Positions 57,497 through 64,000 of a stretch of DNA of 64,000 bases are shown here, in pieces. The notes beneath the pieces are model-generated. The model was given only the letters and a program-made list of their open reading frames with translations, made no database searches and had not been told where the DNA came from. Position 1 is the first letter of the stretch. Every line of letters starts with the position of its first letter. This DNA is from an uncultured Collinsella sp. GTDB taxonomy: Bacteria > Actinomycetota > Coriobacteriia > Coriobacteriales > Coriobacteriaceae. The stretch spans positions 3,838 to 67,837 of the forward strand of contig UQNB01000001.1 of NCBI GenBank assembly GCA_900542235.1, in the 5' to 3' direction. A program made the position numbers and the translations under genes.

Positions 57497-59686
57497 ATGA
57501 AGAACATCCTGCATCTGTTTAAGCGCGATGTCCAAAACGTGTCTCGCTCCGTGATCGGCTTGGTTGTCGTGATGGGCCTCATTATCGTACCGTGTCTGTA
57601 CGCGTGGTTTAACATCGCCGGCAGCTGGGATCCGTACGGCAACACCGGCAATCTTAAGATCGCCGTGGTCAACACCGACGAGGGCTACGAGAGCGATTTG
57701 ATTCCCGTCGAGGTCAACGTGGGCGAAAACGTAACCGCCACCCTGCGCGGCAACGAGAGCTTCGATTGGGTTGTGCTCAACAATCGCGAAAAGGCTATCG
57801 AGGGCGTTAAGTCGGGCGCGTACTATGCTGCCGTCGTTATCCCCAAAACGTTTAGCGCTGACATGATGACGCTTTTCTCGACCGACGTGAAACACGCTGA
57901 TATCGAGTTCTATGAGAACCAGAAAGCCAACGCCATCGCGCAGATCGTGACCGAGAAGGGTTCGAGCGCCGTTCAAAGCCAGGTTAACGAAACTTTTACC
58001 GAGACCATTACGAGCATCGGTCTTAAGACGGTGTCCAGCCTGCTCGATTACATGAGCACCGACCAGGTCAGCAACTTTATCGCCAACCTGTCCTCGACGC
58101 TCGGCGATTCGGTCCAGGACCTGCAGGACGTTCAGGCCAGCGCAACGTCGCTTGCGGGCATTTTGAGCTCCACGTCCGATTCGCTGACGTCGGCGAGCGG
58201 TATGCTCCAGCAGACGGGTACGGTCGATGAGTCGACAAAGCAGCTCATGGAACATGCCAAAAGCGGCATCGATGATTCCAAAGAAGCGCTTAAGGCGGCA
58301 AACGATGCCATCGATGCCGCAATCGATGGAAGTGCGGGTTCGTTCGACAATGTGTCTGCCGAGTTCGCGAAGGCGTTCGACACCGCAAACCAGCATGTCG
58401 ACCTTACGGTGTCCCAACTCAACGATGCCGCTGCGGCCCTCAATGCGCGCGCCAAGGATATCGATACGGTGGCCGATCAGCTCCGCAGCCTTGCCGACCA
58501 GGTGAGCGATGAGAATTTGAAGGACGGCCTCAAGTCCGCCGCGACGTCGCTGGGCAGAATCGCCGTTGAGTACCGCAACAATGCCAAGGATCTGGCGGCC
58601 ACCGCGAAGTCTCTCTCCGATAGCATGGCCGAGGTCAACAACTCGCGTGCCGAGGTCGATCAGGCCATCGCCGATGCCAAGGCCGGCATCGCGGGTGCCA
58701 AATCCGATTACGATTCCACGTTCTCGGTTAAGGCCAAGGAGCTCAAGAAGACGGTTTCGGGCATTTTGGACTCGCTTGATGGCATCTCGGGCGATCTTGA
58801 TAGCGCTGTTGCCGGTCTAACCGATGCATCCGGTTCGCTGGCAAAGGGCCTCTCCAAGGCTGCAAAGCTGGTCAACAAGGCTTCCGATCAGCTGGGTGAA
58901 GCGTCCGATAAGATCAGTGCCTTTAAGGACGAGCTCGACGGTGCCCTTATGTCGGACGATCTGGCCACGATCAAGACGATGATTGGCAATGATCCCGAGG
59001 GTCTGGCCGTGTCGCTTTCCGGTCCCGTCGCGCTCGATCGCAAGCCGGTCTATCCGATCCGCAATTACGGTTCGGCCATGGCGCCGTTCTATACGATCCT
59101 GTCGCTGTGGGTGGGCTCGATCGTGCTGGCAGCCATGATGAAGGTCTCGGTTGACGATGAGCTCATCAACGAGCTCATCCCCGTGCGCCTGCACGAGATC
59201 TACCTGGGCCGCTACCTGTTCTTTGGAGGTCTGGCCCTGCTGCAGGCGACACTCGTGTGCGCGGGCGACATCCTGTTCTTTGGCATCCAATGCGACAACC
59301 CGCTGCAGTTTGTGCTGGCGGGCTGGGTCGCGAGTCTCGTGTTCTCCAATATCGTCTACACGCTTACGGTTTCGTTTGGCGATATCGGCAAGGCTTTGGC
59401 CGTTGTGCTGCTGGTCATGCAGGTCGGCGGTTCGGGCGGTACGTTCCCCATCGAGATGACCGGCCCTGTGTTCCAGGCGATCTATCCGTTCCTGCCGTTT
59501 ACCCATGGCATTAACGCCATGCATGCCGCCATGGCTGGCGCCTACCATATGGAGTACTGGGTTGAGCTGGGCATTCTGGCGAGCTATCTGATTCCGTCGC
59601 TGGCACTGGGCGTCGTCTTCCGCCGTCCGGTCATCAAGGCCAACGACTGGATTATCGAAAAGCTGGAGAGTACTAAATTAATCTAG
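57497..59686 (+). CDS. YhgE/Pip domain membrane protein (paralog 2)
   Basis: MKNILHLFKRDVQNV...PCLYAWFNIAGSWDPYGNTG with the same architecture. TAAATG junction with paralog 1. RBS AAAGGAGGTGAGG. Confidence 0.85.
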   Translation: MKNILHLFKRDVQNVSRSVIGLVVVMGLIIVPCLYAWFNIAGSWDPYGNTGNLKIAVVNTDEGYESDLIPVEVNVGENVTATLRGNESFDWVVLNNREKAIEGVKSGAYYAAVVIPKTFSADMMTLFSTDVKHADIEFYENQKANAIAQIVTEKGSSAVQSQVNETFTETITSIGLKTVSSLLDYMSTDQVSNFIANLSSTLGDSVQDLQDVQASATSLAGILSSTSDSLTSASGMLQQTGTVDESTKQLMEHAKSGIDDSKEALKAANDAIDAAIDGSAGSFDNVSAEFAKAFDTANQHVDLTVSQLNDAAAALNARAKDIDTVADQLRSLADQVSDENLKDGLKSAATSLGRIAVEYRNNAKDLAATAKSLSDSMAEVNNSRAEVDQAIADAKAGIAGAKSDYDSTFSVKAKELKKTVSGILDSLDGISGDLDSAVAGLTDASGSLAKGLSKAAKLVNKASDQLGEASDKISAFKDELDGALMSDDLATIKTMIGNDPEGLAVSLSGPVALDRKPVYPIRNYGSAMAPFYTILSLWVGSIVLAAMMKVSVDDELINELIPVRLHEIYLGRYLFFGGLALLQATLVCAGDILFFGIQCDNPLQFVLAGWVASLVFSNIVYTLTVSFGDIGKALAVVLLVMQVGGSGGTFPIEMTGPVFQAIYPFLPFTHGINAMHAAMAGAYHMEYWVELGILASYLIPSLALGVVFRRPVIKANDWIIEKLESTKLI

Positions 59687-59689
59687 CGC

Positions 59690-59885
59690 AACAATGTAAA
59701 CGCTGATACTGCGGCAATGTCAGCGAGCGAGCCGCATTTGCGCCAAGGTGACGTGAAATGAAAGGGCGCTGACCTTCTGGTCGCGCCCTTGAAATTGAAC
59801 GTCAGATTGCCGCTTAGGGGCGTTTGCAGCGTCGAGCAGTTGCGGCGTTTGGTAAAACGCCGCAACGAACTACCGCGTAACTCCC
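59690..59885 (+). repeat. ~200-bp structured intergenic repeat, copy R2
   Basis: Aligns with R3 and the reverse complement of R1. Palindrome gttgcggcgttt-ggta-aaacgccgcaac ends 13 nt from the lipoprotein gene 3' end. Confidence 0.75.
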
Positions 59886-60443
59886 CTAGTTCATCATTGC
59901 ATTCATCATCTCGGTGGTTGCGGAATCGTCAGCAGACCACTCGCCATCGTCATTGGCGGTGTACTTGAAGGTAACCTTGGTGTCCTTGGTCTTAGCGGCC
60001 TTGGTCACGTCGACCATGACCTGGCCGGCCATCTTGTACAGGTCGTCCTCGGAAGGCATCGTATCGAGCGCCGCGATCTTCTCCTGATACTGGGTGGCGA
60101 AATCTTCAACGATCTTGTTCATGGACTTGCAGGTAATGGTGACATCGGCAGTCGCGGTGCCCTTGTCCTCGTCGACCGTCACATCGCCGATCTTGTAGTC
60201 AAAACCCTCGAGATAGCTCTTGGCGTACTCCTTGGGATCGATGCCCAGCTGCTCGAACTCGTCGCCCGAGGCCTCTTCCAGGCCGGCGAGGAAGTCGTCG
60301 CCGCCGTTCTTGACCTCGTCAAACTGCGTCGTAAGATCCTCGGTGATGAGCTCCTCAACCGAAGGACCTCCGCAGCCGGAAAGCACAACCACGCACGCGA
60401 CCAGAACAGCCATCAGGGGCGCAAGCAGCAGCTTCTTCTTCAT
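59886..60443 (-). CDS. lipoprotein (signal peptide with LSGC lipobox)
   Basis: MKKKLLLAPLMAVLVACVVVLSGCGG. RBS GGGAGG. The 60467 upstream start is rejected. Confidence 0.75.
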   Translation of the reverse strand: MKKKLLLAPLMAVLVACVVVLSGCGGPSVEELITEDLTTQFDEVKNGGDDFLAGLEEASGDEFEQLGIDPKEYAKSYLEGFDYKIGDVTVDEDKGTATADVTITCKSMNKIVEDFATQYQEKIAALDTMPSEDDLYKMAGQVMVDVTKAAKTKDTKVTFKYTANDDGEWSADDSATTEMMNAMMN

Positions 60444-60678
60444 GACATTCCTCCCAACAAGCGGCACCGCGCTTCCCGACGCGGTGCGCGTCGTAACAAT
60501 AAGGCCATACTAGCCGATAACGAACACCCCCGGCAAAGCAAAGGCGCAGTCGGCTCGATTTAACGTCCGAACGGTTTACCGGTCCGCCCAACGCGCAATA
60601 AAACGTTCCGCCGCATTGCAATAAAAAAGGGCGGCCGGATAACCCGACCACCCCAAAACACCCTTATGTTGCCGCAGA

Positions 60679-61215
60679 CTACTTGCGGACGACCTTGACG
60701 ATGGCATCGCCAGCGGAGACAGCGGAGTCAGCCCCGACGGCGAGCTCGACGTCGGCGAACTCGGCGGTGTTGGACACAGCCACGACGACGCAGTCCTTGT
60801 AGCCGGCAGCGGCGATCTTGGCGCGGTCGATCTTGAGCATGGGCTGGCCAGCCTTAACGACATCGTCGGCCTTGACGAAGCCCTCGAAGCCGTCGCCGTT
60901 CATGTTGACGGTATCGACGCCAACGTGCACCAGAACCTCAATGCCGCTATCGGACTGCAGGCCCACGGCGTGACCCATGGTGACGGTCACCTTACCGTCG
61001 CAGGGAGCGTAGACCAGATCGTCCTCGGGCCACACGGCACAGCCCTTGCCCAGAACCTCGCCACCAAAGACGGGATCGGGCACGTCGGCCATCTTGATGA
61101 CCTTGCCCTTGACGGGCGAGCACAGCACGTCGGCGCCAGCAGAAGCAGAGATGGAGGCCGGAGCAGCGGCAGCCGCGGGCTCAGCCTTCTTCTTGAACAT
61201 GTCAAACAGACCCAT
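60679..61215 (-). CDS. crr: PTS glucose-family EIIA component (Crr-like)
   Basis: 178 aa with the EIIA-Glc fold, conserved His-containing VHVGVDTV region and PVF. RBS AGGAGA. The long 61389 extension is rejected. Confidence 0.8.
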   Translation of the reverse strand: MGLFDMFKKKAEPAAAAAPASISASAGADVLCSPVKGKVIKMADVPDPVFGGEVLGKGCAVWPEDDLVYAPCDGKVTVTMGHAVGLQSDSGIEVLVHVGVDTVNMNGDGFEGFVKADDVVKAGQPMLKIDRAKIAAAGYKDCVVVAVSNTAEFADVELAVGADSAVSAGDAIVKVVRK

Positions 61216-61487
61216 ACGTTTTCTCCTCTTGATTAAGCGCAACGTTGTGCGCATGCCTACGGTAATTATAGTGCCAAATGGTTCAAATGCTAAGGTGGGG
61301 ACTCGAATCGCGAGCCCTTCCCGGTAGTGCTCGTGGAACGAGCATCTCCTTTGCATCGCGGGTCGATAAGCCGAGTATCGCCTGCGCACGGGACGGGCAG
61401 AAGCGGGCGCACCAAACCCGATACTTCTTTTCGCCCTTGCGCCCCGTCACCGCCCCGCCCCTGACACTTCCTGATACTGACCGAAAC

Positions 61488-61522
61488 GTGCCAAAATGAA
61501 CCTGTCCCTTTTTGGCAGGTTT
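61488..61522 (+). repeat. third copy of the ~35-nt hairpin repeat (ccaaaatgaacctgtccctttttggcaggtt)
   Basis: 31/32 identical to copy B at 37111-37146. Sits 20 nt upstream of the rpiR-like start codon. Confidence 0.75.
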
Positions 61523-61541
61523 GGCGAGTGTGGGAGTTCGC

Positions 61542-62477
61542 ATGGATATCAAACGCAAGATCACCGAAGCGCAGGGCCTCACCCCCACCGAGCAACAGCT
61601 CGGCATTGCAGCCTTTGCTATCGGCGAGGACATCCGCGGACTTTCTATTAAGGAATTTGCCACGCGCGCCAACGTTTCGGTCGCGAGCGTCCACCGTTTT
61701 TGCAAAAAGCTCGGCCTCGAGGGCTTCAAAGATCTCAAGGTCGAGCTTATTCGCTTAGCAACCGAGACGGGAAACCGGCGCGACGTGGATATCAACTTTC
61801 CCTTCGACGCCACGTCCACCCCTGCGCAGGTTATGGAGCGCATGGAGGGACTCTACCAGACCACGCTGGCCGAAACGCAGGAGCTGCTCGACCCCACGCA
61901 ACTTGACCATGCCGCCAAGCTCATCGCGAACGCCCGACAGGTCGACATCTACACGGGCTCGCACAACCTCTATCCGGCTGGCATGTTCCGCGATCGCCTG
62001 CTCTCCGCCGGCAAGAGCGCCACATGCTACGGCAACATCGAGGCACAGGTGCGCACGGCGCTTACCTCGGATTCAGACCGCGCGGCGATCGTTATCTCCT
62101 ACAGCGGCCTTGCGCCCAACCTCAAGGACATCTTGCCGACCCTCAGCAGCCGGCATGTCCTGGTCATCATCATCGGCACGCCCTACTGCGCGCGCATTCA
62201 CCCCGGCTTTGCCGCCTACCTTACGGTGAGTGACCATGAGAGCATGACGCACCGCATTACGCAGTTCGCCAGCCACATCGCCGTGCAATACGTGCTCGAT
62301 TCGCTCTACAGCAGCTACTTCGCCAAAGACTACGCCCGCTGCGCCGAATTCCTGGAGCGCTCGTTCCCCCTGCACCCGCCTGCCCGGACTCAAGTAGCGA
62401 CGAGCGTGTATAATCTCCCACTTTCAACCCGCACACAGGTCAAAACCGGAAGATTATCCACGCTCACTTCTAACTAG
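61542..62477 (+). CDS. RpiR/MurR-family transcriptional regulator (HTH + SIS)
   Basis: N-terminal HTH_6 (SIKEFATRANVSVASVHRFCKKLGLEGF) and a SIS domain. RBS GGGAG. ATG 61512 is the alternative. Confidence 0.8.
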   Translation: MDIKRKITEAQGLTPTEQQLGIAAFAIGEDIRGLSIKEFATRANVSVASVHRFCKKLGLEGFKDLKVELIRLATETGNRRDVDINFPFDATSTPAQVMERMEGLYQTTLAETQELLDPTQLDHAAKLIANARQVDIYTGSHNLYPAGMFRDRLLSAGKSATCYGNIEAQVRTALTSDSDRAAIVISYSGLAPNLKDILPTLSSRHVLVIIIGTPYCARIHPGFAAYLTVSDHESMTHRITQFASHIAVQYVLDSLYSSYFAKDYARCAEFLERSFPLHPPARTQVATSVYNLPLSTRTQVKTGRLSTLTSN

Positions 62478-62479
62478 TC

Positions 62480-62705
62480 ATTGAGGACGTTCTTAAACGA
62501 CTAGTCAAACAAGAACGTCCCCAATGACTACTACGGCAACACCGATGTTTTGGCAACGCCAGCGAGCGGGTCGCATTTGTGACAAGGTGACGTGAAACGA
62601 AAGGGCGCTGACCTTCCGGTCGCGCCCTTGAAGTTGAACGTCAGATTGTCCAAATGCGGCCCGCGCAGCGTCGAGCTGTTACGGCGTTTGGTAAAACGCC
62701 GTAAC
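62480..62705 (+). repeat. ~200-bp structured intergenic repeat, copy R3 (with an extra 20-bp inverted repeat at its 5' end)
   Basis: Aligns with R2. Palindrome gttacggcgttt-ggta-aaacgccgtaac ends 5 nt from the pyrE 3' end. IR tagtcattgaggacgttctt/aagaacgtccccaatgacta at 62476-62530. Confidence 0.75.
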
Positions 62706-63385
62706 TAACGAGCTCCGTACTGCTCGTAGTAGGCATCGATGGCGGCCTTGAGCTCGTCATCGATGACAACCTTGCCGTCGATCTCGTGGTTGTAGAGGGT
62801 CTCGACGACCTCGGCCATGGAAACGATGCTCGCGACGGGGAAACCGTACTTGGCCTCGATCTCCTTCTGAGCGGTGGTCACGCCACCCTTGCCGACCTCC
62901 ATGCGGTTGAGAGACACGATCAGGCCCTTGATCTCGACATCGGCAGCAGCCTTAACCTTGGGATAGGTCTCGTCGATGGACTTGCCGCTGGTGGTGACGT
63001 CCTCGACCATGATCACACGGTCGCCGTCCTTGGGCTCGTAACCCAGCAGGTTGCCCTTATCGGCACCGTGGTCCTTGGCCTCCTTGCGGTCGCAGCAGTA
63101 CTTGACCTCCTTGCCGTACAGCTCGTGGTAGGCAATTGCGGTAACAACAGCCAGCGGAATACCCTTGTAGGCCGGCCCAAACAGGACGTCAAAGTCGTCG
63201 CCAAAGTTATCGTGGATGGCCTGGGCGTAATACTCTCCCAGCTTCTTGAGCTGATAGCCCGTCACGTAAGCGCCGGCGTTCATAAAAAACGGGGACTGGC
63301 GGCCGCTCTTGAGCGTAAAGCTGCCGAACTTAAGAACGTCGGACTCAACCATAAACTTGATGAACTCTTGCTTGTAAGCCTCCAT
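62705..63385 (-). CDS. pyrE: orotate phosphoribosyltransferase
   Basis: 226 aa with PRPP-binding motif VIMVEDVTTSGKS, of the long-type OPRTase found in Actinobacteria. Confidence 0.85.
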   Translation of the reverse strand: MEAYKQEFIKFMVESDVLKFGSFTLKSGRQSPFFMNAGAYVTGYQLKKLGEYYAQAIHDNFGDDFDVLFGPAYKGIPLAVVTAIAYHELYGKEVKYCCDRKEAKDHGADKGNLLGYEPKDGDRVIMVEDVTTSGKSIDETYPKVKAAADVEIKGLIVSLNRMEVGKGGVTTAQKEIEAKYGFPVASIVSMAEVVETLYNHEIDGKVVIDDELKAAIDAYYEQYGAR

Positions 63386-63506
63386 GCGGGCTCCTCTCGT
63401 AATTGCGTACGTGCTCTTCAGTTTAGCGCAGGCGAGGCGTCGATGTAGGCGTGCTTTGAGGCCACATCCCTCCGTTAGAGTAAGGGACTGGGCGGCGGCT
63501 CATACG

Positions 63507-64000
63507 CTAGTCCTTGGGTGTCCAGGACCAGAAGAAATTGATAAGGGCCACGAGCGACTCGGCACCGGTCTTTTTATTGATCGAGGCGATATGGCGGTAG
63601 AGCGTGGAGCGCGAAAGGAAGAGCTTTGCGGCGATGTCCTGAACGCTCTCGTGCGATGCGACCAAGGCCTCCAAAATATCGCGCTCGCGCTCTGTAAGCT
63701 CAAAGGCGGCGACAAAGGCATCAAGCCGCTCGCCGAGCGTGAGCTCCGGAACCTCCGCGAAATCGGGCTCGCTCTGAGCAGACGCGCGGTCCGCACCAAG
63801 ATCATCGGCAGCCAACGGCATCCCCGCGGGCGCCCCAGCGTCATCGGCCCGATGCCCAGACTGTCCCAGCAGCGAGATCGCAATGCCCACAAGCAGCACA
63901 AGCCCCACGCCCATCGCCAGCAGCACGTTCTGGCTCGAAACAATCACCGCTGCCGGTGCCATCACGAGCATCGCGCAAACGTTGTTGATGACGCGGCCCA
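63507..64000 (-). CDS. LuxR-family transcriptional regulator with N-terminal membrane segment (5' end may lie outside window)
   Basis: C-terminal HTH LTERERDILEALVASHESVQDIAAKLFLSRSTLYRHI. Reading frame is open to the window edge. Confidence 0.6.
   Translation of the reverse strand, partial: GRVINNVCAMLVMAPAAVIVSSQNVLLAMGVGLVLLVGIAISLLGQSGHRADDAGAPAGMPLAADDLGADRASAQSEPDFAEVPELTLGERLDAFVAAFELTERERDILEALVASHESVQDIAAKLFLSRSTLYRHIASINKKTGAESLVALINFFWSWTPKD

Noticed and set aside
60467-61389. Longer N-terminal extensions of the lipoprotein (60467) and EIIA (61389) ORFs
   Set aside because: Internal ATGs at 60443 and 61215 have good SD sequences (GGGAGG, AGGAGA) and give a canonical signal peptide / EIIA N-terminus. 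The extensions are basic, low-complexity read-through.
61296-61420. tRNA-like segment (T-loop-like ctcgaatc, ...gggcgcacca) in the crr leader
   Set aside because: No acceptor/anticodon stems could be paired, and similarity to the tRNA-linked inserts is limited to the T-loop-like 11-mer.

Overview
High-GC (~65%) Gram-positive chromosome segment, gene content consistent with Actinomycetota, probably Coriobacteriia-like (inference). Most of it is housekeeping core: glmM, pheST behind a T-box leader, metG, serS, rsmI, rsmA, rlmH, tatD, proC, pyk, htpG, pyrE and an rsgA GTPase. It also carries a fused CbiMN-CbiQ-CbiO ECF transporter, a SERCA-like P-type ATPase, two OmpR/HK pairs flanking an orphan pstB, a partial Wzz/BY-kinase/phosphatase module, tandem YhgE/Pip membrane proteins, and four tRNAs (Phe, Leu, Arg, Ser). 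A complete Tad/Flp pilus locus (cpaB-cpaE-cpaF-tadB-tadC-flp-tadE/G-like-DUF192) sits at 18.8-28.5 kb; cpaE/tadZ and tadC each carry a single-base frameshift. The most unusual content is non-coding. First, tRNA-Arg and tRNA-Ser are each followed by a homologous ~120-nt structured insert with compensatory stem changes, then a ~57-nt duplicate of the tRNA 3' end plus terminator. Second, a ~200-bp structured repeat family occurs three times, always immediately 3' of a gene. Third, a ~35-nt hairpin repeat is present in three copies. No CRISPR array, rRNA gene, integrase or transposase was seen.
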